DNA from: a virus
DNA length: 64,000 bases
IMG/VR virus record: IMGVR_UViG_3300045999_011383
Reading direction: 5' to 3' (one strand)
Made by a program: the position numbers and the translations under genes. Of the stretch, positions 27,489-35,394 are shown piece by piece (position 1 is the stretch's first letter; each line of letters opens with the position of its first letter). Under the pieces are notes generated by a model, which had not been told where the DNA came from, ran no database searches, and saw only the letters and a list, made by a program, of their open reading frames with translations.

Positions 27489-30371
27489 ATGAACTTAATT
27501 CAATTAAACGCACAGAAGGAAAACACCATGAACTCAACTGAATTAAATCCTACCGATACCAAGGGGTATCAAATGAATAAATTAAGCAACATCACCACAG
27601 TAGAGGATGACATGAACAATTCAAACATTACCATTATTAAGGAAAATGATATGAATAATTCAAATCATGCTATTAATATAGCGCAATCAAATAACAATTG
27701 TCAAGACATTTTTGAACAATTTAAGAAAAAAGTTTTTACGGATTTTACTACAGGGAGTGGAATTGACCCGGCACTATTTGAAAGTGCTGTTGAGTTCCAT
27801 CGAGAGTGCGAATGGTCTGATGGAATGGACGCTTCGTACCCTATTCATGAGACCTTGGGATGGAAAAAAACCCGATTCACACACAATATTTCCAAGAATG
27901 AATTATTAGGAGCATTCTTGAAAAATGAAGATGGGAGTATTTGGCAGGTGATTGTCAACATCCCGTCTAAGCACAGGGAATATTCATATTTTGCTCCCAA
28001 GGGAATTGGGGATAAACCATACTTACCAACCGTGCCTAAGTCCATCAGGGAAAAAATTAATAAATTGTGGGGAACTGATATTCCCATGGGCGGTAGCTTC
28101 TGGGATGCTATTAAAGAAATGCCAGAAGTGCCTAGATTCTTGACAGAGGGTGGTAAAAAAGCGTTGTCAGGTTTAAGCACTGGGTTATGCGCGATCGCTC
28201 TTTATGGATGTTCCTGTGGGGGGAAAAAAGAGATTAACCCAGCCCTTGAGCAATTTACTGGAGACGGATCTGCTATGATCCTGGCAATGGACAGAGACAC
28301 CAAAAAAACAGCCGTCAAGGCTGTTCTGAAAGCTAATAGAAGATTTCACTATCTATTAAAAGATAGCGAGACCTATCTATTGGAAATGCGGTGGAAACCT
28401 GAACATGGTAAGGGTTTAGATGATTTAATCGCCAAAAACCCCAAGGAACTAAAAAAATCTCTCAAAGAGGTAAAAACAAGGTTGGATAAACTAAAACTCG
28501 AATTACACTTCCAGGAGAAGCGGAAAATCCCTACTCCTGATATTTTGGCAGCGGAAATCGCCGAAGAATACCGAGATATTCTTGCATTCAACAATGCCAG
28601 CTTGCGTTGGATGCGCTACCAAGCAGACAGTCCAGGCGTTTGGGCTGTGGAGACTGATCAGTTCATTGCCAGTGCGGTAATGAACATTGTTGAAGGCAAA
28701 GGATACACTGGCTACGGTGGTGATGGGTACATTACTAATGTTACCAGGATGCTTAGACATCACTTGATTCAGCGTACTTGGGTAGAGCGATCGCCCAAAG
28801 AACTACTCCCATTTAGAAATGGTGTCTTAGAAATTCAAACTGGAAGGCTGATGCCTCATGCTCCTGGATACAGATTGACATGGCAACTACCCAGGGAATA
28901 TGACAGAGCTGCCACAAACTGGGATAACATCAATGAGTTTTTAAACCACTTAAGCGGTGGCAACCAGCAGATTAAGGATCTGTTGATGTGCTATTGCAAT
29001 GCTGTCATCAAAGGTCGCTCAGACCTACAGAAGTTTTTGCACTTAATTGGTTTAGGTGGCACAGGTAAGGGTACGTTTACCCGATTACTTGTGTCTTTAA
29101 TCGGTTCTCAAAATGTACATACTAGCACTCTTGATGATTGGTGTAATAACAACTTTGAAGCTGCTAACGCTTACCAGAAGCGGCTTGTGCTGTTTCCTGA
29201 TGAAGATAAAGCAACCGGAAAACTAGGGAAATTCCTCTCTTTAACCGGGGAGGATTTGCTACGTGCTGAGAACAAAGGTCAAAAGGCCTTTAGCTACCGC
29301 TATGACGGCATGGTGGCAGTCTGTTCTAACTTACCTGTATTTGCAGGTGACAGTGCTAGTAGGGTTAAGCGGCGAGTGATTACAGTACCATGTAACAACA
29401 CTGTTGGGATAGCCAAGCGGAAAAACCTTGAAGAGTTATTTGAGCCGGAATTAGCAGCTTTCACCAATCACGTTCTTAATTTCGATGACGACTATGTACG
29501 CAAGGTGTTGTCTGGTATCCAAGAGATACCAGAATGCACCCTTGAGTTCTGGGTTAACCGAATGCGTGTAGACTCGTTAGCTGACTGGTTAAACGAGAAG
29601 GTGATTTACGATCCTACAGCCATGACCCCTGTAGGTAGTAACAAGAATGAAGGTGCTGATGGTGGACTTATTAAGACCCTCTTCGGCAGCTATTCTAGAC
29701 ACTGTGCAGAGACAGGTAGCCAAGCCAAAGCGTCTAAGACCTTTAGTCCTGACTTAATTGAGTTGTGCAACTCAGTTCTGGGTTGGGGAGTGAAACACAA
29801 AGCCACAAATACTGGCAAATTTATTGTTGGGTTGCGGTTGCGGCAGACGGGTTTAGACGACGAAATTCCCACTCACGAACTACTTTTGTCCAGTTCCTTG
29901 ACACATGACGGGAAAAGTTTAGAAGGCAGTGACGGGTCAGAAGTCTTGCTAGATAAGGCTTTTGAAGGTAGTGACGAGAACTCTTATACTCCAATGGAAA
30001 TTAGAAATAATAATTCTAGTCTCCCTTCTTCCATATCCCCAACAGAGGATAAGAACATAGATCCTATATATAGAGGGGATGTAGTATTGGATCTGCCGTC
30101 ACTTTCCCCAAACCCTACCCAGGACAATACTTCTGACCCGTCACCTGTTCCACAAGACAACCCATCACCCGATGATGTGGTTGAATTTTTTGTGAATGAC
30201 CGGGCAAAAGAACTCAATCACCCAATCCAAGGACCAGTTAAAGAGGTCAATGAAACGGGTTATGTGATCAGCGTTCTCCAAAAAAATCCTAACGGAACAA
30301 AAACCAGACAGTTTCTAACTATCCCCGCTCACCTTATTATTCGCATACTAAAGCGGGCTACTAAGGTTTAG
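27489..30371 (+). CDS. bifunctional primase / SF3 (D5/P4-type) helicase (960 aa)
   Basis: Toprim-like N-part (FLTEGGKKALSGLSTGLCAIALYG...ILAMDRDTKK). Walker A in LIGLGGTGKGTF and Walker B-like RLVLFPDED. The layout resembles phage/plasmid primase P4-family C-terminal domains. Confidence 0.8.
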   Translation: MNLIQLNAQKENTMNSTELNPTDTKGYQMNKLSNITTVEDDMNNSNITIIKENDMNNSNHAINIAQSNNNCQDIFEQFKKKVFTDFTTGSGIDPALFESAVEFHRECEWSDGMDASYPIHETLGWKKTRFTHNISKNELLGAFLKNEDGSIWQVIVNIPSKHREYSYFAPKGIGDKPYLPTVPKSIREKINKLWGTDIPMGGSFWDAIKEMPEVPRFLTEGGKKALSGLSTGLCAIALYGCSCGGKKEINPALEQFTGDGSAMILAMDRDTKKTAVKAVLKANRRFHYLLKDSETYLLEMRWKPEHGKGLDDLIAKNPKELKKSLKEVKTRLDKLKLELHFQEKRKIPTPDILAAEIAEEYRDILAFNNASLRWMRYQADSPGVWAVETDQFIASAVMNIVEGKGYTGYGGDGYITNVTRMLRHHLIQRTWVERSPKELLPFRNGVLEIQTGRLMPHAPGYRLTWQLPREYDRAATNWDNINEFLNHLSGGNQQIKDLLMCYCNAVIKGRSDLQKFLHLIGLGGTGKGTFTRLLVSLIGSQNVHTSTLDDWCNNNFEAANAYQKRLVLFPDEDKATGKLGKFLSLTGEDLLRAENKGQKAFSYRYDGMVAVCSNLPVFAGDSASRVKRRVITVPCNNTVGIAKRKNLEELFEPELAAFTNHVLNFDDDYVRKVLSGIQEIPECTLEFWVNRMRVDSLADWLNEKVIYDPTAMTPVGSNKNEGADGGLIKTLFGSYSRHCAETGSQAKASKTFSPDLIELCNSVLGWGVKHKATNTGKFIVGLRLRQTGLDDEIPTHELLLSSSLTHDGKSLEGSDGSEVLLDKAFEGSDENSYTPMEIRNNNSSLPSSISPTEDKNIDPIYRGDVVLDLPSLSPNPTQDNTSDPSPVPQDNPSPDDVVEFFVNDRAKELNHPIQGPVKEVNETGYVISVLQKNPNGTKTRQFLTIPAHLIIRILKRATKV

Positions 30372-30475
30372 TGGAATAATCTAGTGGGAGCAACCCACTA
30401 GATGTCTGGTAAAAATCTAAAAAACGACACCTTAAATACTGGTGTCTCTCTTGGGCTGCGCCTACATCTACTAAT

Positions 30476-31102
30476 ATGAATGGTAAGTTAATTGTTTTTG
30501 AAGGGGTAGAGGGTTGTGGGAAAACTACCCAGATGCACCTTTGCTCCCAATGGCTAGAAAGTCTAGGTATACCTGTGGTGCTAACTCGTGAGCCAGGAGG
30601 AACAGAATTAGGGAAAAGCTTACGGGAGTTATTACTGTCAAAGCCAGTAGATAAGCCCATAAATGAAGTTACAGAACTTCTATTGTATGCTGCGGATAGG
30701 GCGCAACATATTGAAGAGGAGCTAAAACCAAACTTGGCTATGGGAAAATATATTCTGTGCGATCGCTATACAGACTCTACTATTGCTTACCAAGGTTATG
30801 GTAGGGGCTTAGATATGAGTCTAATTAATAATCTCAATCAGATCGCCACAGGAGGTTTACTGAGTGATGTAACTATTTGGTTAGACGTGGATGTAGAGGT
30901 AGGTTTACTGCGTAAGCGCGGACAAGCTAAATTAGATCGCATTGAACAAGAGACAATAACTTTTCACCGTCGGGTACAAGCGGGTTATGCAGATTTGTAC
31001 TTGTCTCATCCATCTTCAACTATCCAAGTAGATGGCAGTGGTAGCCAAGAAGTTGTACAAGAAGTTGTACAAGAGATTTTGCGGAAACACTTGTCTCTAT
31101 AA
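30476..31102 (+). CDS. tmk: thymidylate (dTMP) kinase
   Basis: IVFEGVEGCGKTTQ P-loop, TREPGGT, DRYTDSTIAYQGYGRG, 208 aa. Confidence 0.9.
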   Translation: MNGKLIVFEGVEGCGKTTQMHLCSQWLESLGIPVVLTREPGGTELGKSLRELLLSKPVDKPINEVTELLLYAADRAQHIEEELKPNLAMGKYILCDRYTDSTIAYQGYGRGLDMSLINNLNQIATGGLLSDVTIWLDVDVEVGLLRKRGQAKLDRIEQETITFHRRVQAGYADLYLSHPSSTIQVDGSGSQEVVQEVVQEILRKHLSL

Positions 31103-31120
31103 ATATTTTTCTAAAACCTG

Positions 31121-31148
31121 TTGACATAAATAGTAGATGGACTATACT
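31121..31148 (+). promoter_or_regulatory. cassette promoter P4 (TTGACA-N16-TATACT)
   Basis: Spacer TAAATAGTAGATGGAC, followed by a GGAGACA RBS. Confidence 0.65.
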
Positions 31149-31174
31149 GATAATATCAACAGGAGACAACAACC

Positions 31175-31561
31175 ATGAAGTATAGATGGAAAAATGGAAA
31201 GGCACAAGCGATCAGTTATGTATCTGAGCTAGGCAGATGTGCAGTTCTTAAGGAGGCTGACAGCCTTCACGAATTGTATTTGGCAATCTTGGAAGAGTAT
31301 TTGGCAACTTTGGAAGTTCTTAGGGATGACAGCCTTTACGATACGAAGTATAGATGGAGAGACGGAAAGGCACAAGCGATCGCCTATGTGCCTGCACTAG
31401 GCAGATGTGCAGTTCTTAAGGAGGCTGACAGCCTTCACGAATTGTATTTGGCAATACTGGAAGAGTATTCGGCAATACTGGAAGTGCTTAGGGAGGCTGA
31501 CAGCCTTCACGAATTGTATGGTGACAATGAAGACGATGAAGAAGACGATGACGAATATTAA
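31175..31561 (+). CDS. acidic repeat protein (128 aa) with an internal 168-nt tandem duplication
   Basis: KYRW(K/R)(N/D)GKAQAI.YV..LGRCAVLKEADSLHELYLAILEEY occurs twice (31178-31300, 31346-31468), plus a third EADSLHELY. D/E-rich tail. Confidence 0.7.
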   Translation: MKYRWKNGKAQAISYVSELGRCAVLKEADSLHELYLAILEEYLATLEVLRDDSLYDTKYRWRDGKAQAIAYVPALGRCAVLKEADSLHELYLAILEEYSAILEVLREADSLHELYGDNEDDEEDDDEY

Positions 31562-31575
31562 TCCATAGCAAACAC

Positions 31576-31605
31576 AACCCTCTTGATTGTCAAGAGGGTT
31601 TTTTA
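31576..31605 (+). terminator. intrinsic terminator
   Basis: AACCCTCTTG-N5-CAAGAGGGTT followed by TTTT. Confidence 0.75.
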
Positions 31606-31931
31606 TTGAGTTTTAATTTCCGTAACCGTTGATAATTTCGTTTTAAGCGGGCTGTAAACTCAGGGGTATTATGATTCTTCCATTCTGGATTTGTGGGGTG
31701 AACAATCCAGTTTTTAGGACTATGACAGGCGTTTTTATGACAGTGCTTACAAACAGGGAAAATATTAATCCCATACCTGTCTCCCGACCGCCTATAACTA
31801 GAGTGATGCACCTGTTCGGACTTATTAATCATGCACACACAGCAAATACCATAGGTTCTTGTGTGTGCGTTACGGCACTTTTTTTTGTGCTTTTTGACAT
31901 TGTTCCCATATCGAACTTGATAGTTAGTCAT
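31590..31931 (-). CDS. Cys/His-rich HNH-like protein (113 aa), paralog of 49593-49949
   Basis: CRNAH...GICCVC...EQVHHSSY...FPVCKHCHKNACHSPKNWI aligns with CAIAH...GLCCYC...DELHHAYY...FPVCLRCHQTICHDPKNWI. Confidence 0.65.
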   Translation of the reverse strand: MTNYQVRYGNNVKKHKKKCRNAHTRTYGICCVCMINKSEQVHHSSYRRSGDRYGINIFPVCKHCHKNACHSPKNWIVHPTNPEWKNHNTPEFTARLKRNYQRLRKLKLNKKPS

Positions 31932-31968
31932 TTTGACAAATAGATAACTACTACCAATGATAATAAAA

Positions 31969-31998
31969 AACCCGGTTAAAACTTAATTTAACCGGGTT
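31969..31998 (-). terminator. hairpin terminator for the 32017-32217 gene
   Basis: AACCCGGTTAAA-N6-TTTAACCGGGTT, with a T-run on the minus strand. Confidence 0.6.
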
Positions 31999-32016
31999 AA
32001 GCGATTGTTTGATATT

Positions 32017-32217
32017 TTAGAATGGAATGTCGTCAGGGTCGCCTGACTTCTCATACTCCGCCCAGCAATCATACCAAGCCTCTTGGGCGGTTTCTATGTA
32101 GGTTGTGTAAACCTTCGGTACAAAAAATTCAATTCTCATAAAAGGCAGTTTTATTGCGCATAGTCTTTTCCGGTATAACCGGAAGCGAACTTCGCATAAA
32201 TTAAATAAGTCTGTCAT
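32017..32217 (-). CDS. hypothetical small protein (66 aa from MTDLFNL...)
   Basis: The track ORF starts inside the promoter. The first ATG downstream of the -10 is at 32217. Confidence 0.55.
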   Translation of the reverse strand: MTDLFNLCEVRFRLYRKRLCAIKLPFMRIEFFVPKVYTTYIETAQEAWYDCWAEYEKSGDPDDIPF

Positions 32218-32250
32218 TGTCTGTGTCTCCCGTGTTTTGTTGATACTCTT

Positions 32251-32280
32251 AATATAGTCTATTTCACTATTTATTGTCAA
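32251..32280 (-). promoter_or_regulatory. cassette promoter P5 (minus; TTGACA-N18-TATATT)
   Basis: tgtcaa at 32275-32280 and aatata at 32251-32256 on the + strand. Upstream TGTACTGAA at 32299-32307. Confidence 0.65.
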
Positions 32281-32368
32281 GTGGCTTTAAAAATATTTTG
32301 TACTGAATTTTTAAAAGTTTAATGAATACTTATAACCCCGATATAGTCACCAGGATCATAAGCATCTA

Positions 32369-33046
32369 TTAAATGACTCCACGATCAGATAACGCAAAAT
32401 ATTCTGTTATGGTAGCTGTTCCGTTTCTGATCTTGGTTTTTGCTTCGTCGATAATTTTGCGGTCATCAAGATTAGCTGATTTAACAGCTTTATTTATGCG
32501 GTTATATTCCTTTTCGGATTGACTAAAGGTGGTGTATATTTTTACTTCTCCAAATGTCTTGTGATAATAAGATTTAACTGTTTGGTCTTCTATCAATTGT
32601 TTTCTTATACTGGAAACAGTCTTTTCAAAATAAGTATCCATTATTGCCCCGTCAAGCCCAACAAGGTAATAGTCTTTGGTATCCACAACAATATGGATAA
32701 TACAGGCTGATTTACCTGTATTGATACATCCTAAATAGTCAGCACCTATTACGTAAGCATTGGCTTGACTTAGCTTTGTTCTTAATGTTTGTGTAGTGGG
32801 ATTAGACTTAGATTCAGCTTTTTTCTTTGGTGCTGCGGTTACTGTGGGCTGTTTAGTCTGCTTGTCCAGATAATTATTAGCCCAGGTTTTAGCAGCGTTG
32901 TAACTCCGACGATACGAAGTTTTTCCGCACGGGAAATAAACATACCACTTGTCAGTATCAACACCAATCTTTATTTCTACTACACCCTGGGGTGCAATAG
33001 CAGTGTAATGTCCGGCGGTTTTTCTTGTAAATTTTAAAGTAGTCAT
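32369..33046 (-). CDS. hypothetical protein (225 aa)
   Basis: ORF track; downstream of P6. Confidence 0.65.
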   Translation of the reverse strand: MTTLKFTRKTAGHYTAIAPQGVVEIKIGVDTDKWYVYFPCGKTSYRRSYNAAKTWANNYLDKQTKQPTVTAAPKKKAESKSNPTTQTLRTKLSQANAYVIGADYLGCINTGKSACIIHIVVDTKDYYLVGLDGAIMDTYFEKTVSSIRKQLIEDQTVKSYYHKTFGEVKIYTTFSQSEKEYNRINKAVKSANLDDRKIIDEAKTKIRNGTATITEYFALSDRGVI

Positions 33047-33081
33047 TTCTTTTGTCCCTTCTGTTTTTTGTTGATACTCTT

Positions 33082-33111
33082 AATATAGTCTATTTCACTA
33101 TTTATTGTCAA
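33082..33111 (-). promoter_or_regulatory. cassette promoter P6 (minus), near-identical to P5
   Basis: ttgatactcttaatatagtctatttcactatttattgtcaagtgg is shared with 32240-32284. Confidence 0.65.
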
Positions 33112-33262
33112 GTGGTTTTAGGAAATATTTTTTAAATTCTTAAAACCCTTGATTTACAAGAGTTTGAGGATTATTGAGGTGCAATAGTCTAGCGATCGCT
33201 CAAATCCCCAACCGTAAAATAGCTACACAAAGATATTTGTAAAAGTTCAGTACATAAACCTG

Positions 33263-33292
33263 TTGACAATAAATAGTAGGATAGACTATAGT
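33263..33292 (+). promoter_or_regulatory. cassette promoter P7 (TTGACA-N18-TATAGT)
   Basis: TTGACAATAAATAGTAGGATAGACTATAGT; upstream TTCAGTACA at 33246-33254. Confidence 0.7.
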
Positions 33293-33326
33293 AGTTACAT
33301 ACACAGGAAACAAGGGAGACAGACAA

Positions 33327-33752
33327 ATGAAATTTACAGTTAACTTTCAAATCCGCACTATCAAGCACCAAATAAAAGCTACATTAAAACTTATTGCAGA
33401 CGGCATTAAATCTTATGTTGACCAGTTGGTTACTTTAGAGGGTGATTTAGAAAAATTAGAAGCATCTCTAGCACCTTCGTTAGCTGCATTGGGTAAAATC
33501 ACAAAAAACATGATTAAGTCTGTAAAGGGCAATATTCACTTTACATCGGTAGAAATTAAGGCTATAAAATCTATTCTTGAATCTGGTCTTTTAAGTGAAG
33601 GACATACTCAATTTAGAGTAGGAAGAAAAGATTATTATTTCTTAGGAATTGAAGGAAAAGAAATAAAAGTGAGAATTGGTGAAAACAGAACACGCGATTA
33701 CAGTAATGTCATGGATTATGTTTGCAGCAATGGTGTAGTAACTCTTAAATAA
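33327..33752 (+). CDS. hypothetical protein (141 aa), N-terminal paralog of 25275-25703
   Basis: GGGAGACA RBS and ATG at 33327. Confidence 0.65.
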   Translation: MKFTVNFQIRTIKHQIKATLKLIADGIKSYVDQLVTLEGDLEKLEASLAPSLAALGKITKNMIKSVKGNIHFTSVEIKAIKSILESGLLSEGHTQFRVGRKDYYFLGIEGKEIKVRIGENRTRDYSNVMDYVCSNGVVTLK

Positions 33753-33769
33753 AAATTTTCTAAAACTTG

Positions 33770-33798
33770 TTGACAATAAATAGACGATAGACTATAGT
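33770..33798 (+). promoter_or_regulatory. cassette promoter P8 (TTGACA-N17-TATAGT)
   Basis: TTGACAATAAATAGACGATAGACTATAGT. Confidence 0.7.
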
Positions 33799-33828
33799 AA
33801 TTATACAAACAAAAAACAAAATAAAATT

Positions 33829-33990
33829 ATGAAAGGACAGCAATTTACTTTTAACAACGTTGCCTACGCCTTGCACCACAAAATTGAATGCCATATAACA
33901 ACCCAACTCCCTGGTTGGGTTTGCTCACGGCAGGGTACTCCATACTCAAAATTCTTCTTAGATGAAGAATTGAGAGCGATCGCTTCCTGA
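33829..33990 (+). CDS. small protein (53 aa), paralog of 35181-35345; not in ORF track
   Basis: Own translation: MKGQQFTFNNVAYALHHKIECHITTQLPGWVCSRQGTPYSKFFLDEELRAIAS*. Flanked by P8 and a terminator. Confidence 0.6.
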   Translation: MKGQQFTFNNVAYALHHKIECHITTQLPGWVCSRQGTPYSKFFLDEELRAIAS

Positions 33991-33992
33991 TT

Positions 33993-34032
33993 AAAACCCC
34001 TGGACTAGCAACAATCCAGGGGTTTTGTTTTT
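33993..34032 (+). terminator. family terminator AAAACCCCTGGA...TCCAGGGGTTTT, copy 1
   Basis: 12-bp stem followed by TTTTGTTTTT. Confidence 0.8.
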
Positions 34033-34097
34033 GGCTAAATCCCCAACCGTAAAATAGCTACACAAAGATATTTGTAAAAGTTCAGTACATAAACCTG

Positions 34098-34127
34098 TTG
34101 ACAATAAATAGTAGGATAGACTATAGT
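34098..34127 (+). promoter_or_regulatory. cassette promoter P9 (TTGACA-N18-TATAGT)
   Basis: Identical core to P7. The 90-nt upstream block (from ~34040) duplicates 33200-33292. Confidence 0.7.
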
Positions 34128-34160
34128 AGTTACATACACAGGAAACAGAGGAGACAGACA

Positions 34161-34619
34161 ATGACTACAACATTAAACCAATATACTCAACAAGACTATA
34201 GTTCAATCAACCGGGTTTTAAGATACGGGAAGCACCATGAAAGTGCAGAACAAATAATTGAAGATTTACAAAATGTTAAATGCTTTAAAGGAACAGTCTA
34301 CCGTGGCTTAACCCTTGACAAGTCAGAAATATCAACAACTTTTAAGGTCGGTAAAGTTTACCGGGATATGGGCTTTATGTCCACATCCAAAAGCCAAGTC
34401 GTAGCTCAGAAATTCAACTGTTTGGGTGTACCCTTGTCCAGAACAGATAACAGATCGATTACCCTTGTGATTGAGTCTAAAACCGGGAGAGATATTTCTA
34501 AGTTCTCTAAATACCCTGAAGAACGAGAAGTATTGTTCTTACCCTTAACCGGGTTTGAAGTTATTTCCATCGAAAAAGACGGCTGGGAAGAATATAAAAT
34601 TTATTTAAAAGAAATTTAA
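34161..34619 (+). CDS. mono-ADP-ribosyltransferase, R-S-E (C3/VIP2/Alt-like) class (152 aa)
   Basis: YTQQDYSSINRVLRYG (Y-x6-IN-x2-LR), TVYRGL (Arg), GFMSTSKS (S-T-S), YPEEREVLFLP (E-x-E). GAGGAGACA RBS and ATG at 34161. Confidence 0.8.
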   Translation: MTTTLNQYTQQDYSSINRVLRYGKHHESAEQIIEDLQNVKCFKGTVYRGLTLDKSEISTTFKVGKVYRDMGFMSTSKSQVVAQKFNCLGVPLSRTDNRSITLVIESKTGRDISKFSKYPEEREVLFLPLTGFEVISIEKDGWEEYKIYLKEI

Positions 34620-34746
34620 TTATTAATCTTCATAAATAACTTGCAACTGCTTAGACAAAAGTTTAAGCGGTTCTTTGTTTTACTTGCTTGTTTGTACTGT
34701 ACGAAAAGTTAACCAAAATTCAGTACAAAATATTTTTTAAAACCTA

Positions 34747-34776
34747 TTGACAATAAATAGTAGAATAGACTATAGT
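34747..34776 (+). promoter_or_regulatory. cassette promoter P10 (TTGACA-N18-TATAGT)
   Basis: TTGACAATAAATAGTAGAATAGACTATAGT; upstream TTCAGTACA at 34719-34727. Confidence 0.7.
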
Positions 34777-34809
34777 AGTTATATAAACAAAAACAAGGGA
34801 GACAAGACA

Positions 34810-35001
34810 ATGGCTACTACAACATTTTCAGCATTAATCAAACAGATGAGTAAATTTTCTAGCTTGCAGTCCGCCAGGACTTTTTGTGACAACGCAGTTA
34901 AAATTAATATGATACTAATGGGAGATGACGGAAAATACTGGGTAGGATTACCCAGATACACAAATCAGCTTCACGCCCAAGGATATGAGTATATTAAATG
35001 A
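34810..35001 (+). CDS. hypothetical small protein (63 aa from MATTTFSALIKQ...)
   Basis: GGGAGACA RBS. The track start at 34747 is the TTG of the -35 box. Confidence 0.6.
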   Translation: MATTTFSALIKQMSKFSSLQSARTFCDNAVKINMILMGDDGKYWVGLPRYTNQLHAQGYEYIK

Positions 35002-35017
35002 AACAACCTACGTACTA

Positions 35018-35058
35018 CAAAACCCCTGGATTAGCAATAATCCAGGGGTTTTGTTTTT
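35018..35058 (+). terminator. family terminator, copy 2
   Basis: AAAACCCCTGGATTAGCAATAATCCAGGGGTTTTGTTTTT. Confidence 0.8.
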
Positions 35059-35122
35059 GACTAAATCCCCAACCGTAAAATAGTTGCACAAAGATAAGGG
35101 AAAAGTTCAGTACATAAACTAC

Positions 35123-35152
35123 TTGACAATAAATAGTAGAATAGACTATAGT
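35123..35152 (+). promoter_or_regulatory. cassette promoter P11 (TTGACA-N18-TATAGT)
   Basis: TTGACAATAAATAGTAGAATAGACTATAGT; upstream TTCAGTACA at 35106-35114. Confidence 0.7.
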
Positions 35153-35180
35153 AATTATACAAACAAAAAAAACAAAGATC

Positions 35181-35345
35181 ATGGAAGGACAGCAATTCAC
35201 TGTAGGCAGCGTTGCCTATATTTTCCATCACAAAATCGAATGCCATATAACAAAGCAAGTACCGGGGTGGGTTTGCTCTGAACAGTTCACTCCATACTCT
35301 CGATTCTTCTCAGATGAAGAATTGAGAGCAATATCTACTTCCTGA
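35181..35345 (+). CDS. small protein (54 aa), paralog of 33829-33990; not in ORF track
   Basis: Own translation: MEGQQFTVGSVAYIFHHKIECHITKQVPGWVCSEQFTPYSRFFSDEELRAISTS*. Confidence 0.6.
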   Translation: MEGQQFTVGSVAYIFHHKIECHITKQVPGWVCSEQFTPYSRFFSDEELRAISTS

Positions 35346-35346
35346 T

Positions 35347-35387
35347 TAAAACCCCTGGACTAGCACTAGTCCAGGGGTTTGTTTTTG
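35347..35387. terminator. family terminator, copy 3 (between convergent genes)
   Basis: AAAACCCCTGGACTAGCACTAGTCCAGGGGTTTGTTTTT. Confidence 0.75.
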
Positions 35388-35394
35388 TTGTGGA

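Noticed and set aside
34098-34160. N-terminal extensions MTINSRIDYSSY... on track ORFs 34098, 34747 and 32280(-), and ORF 35084-35281
   Set aside because: The ORF finder used the TTG of the -35 box TTGACA as a start codon. The shared peptide is simply the translated promoter. True starts are the ATGs after the GGAGACA-type RBS (34161, 34810, 32217).
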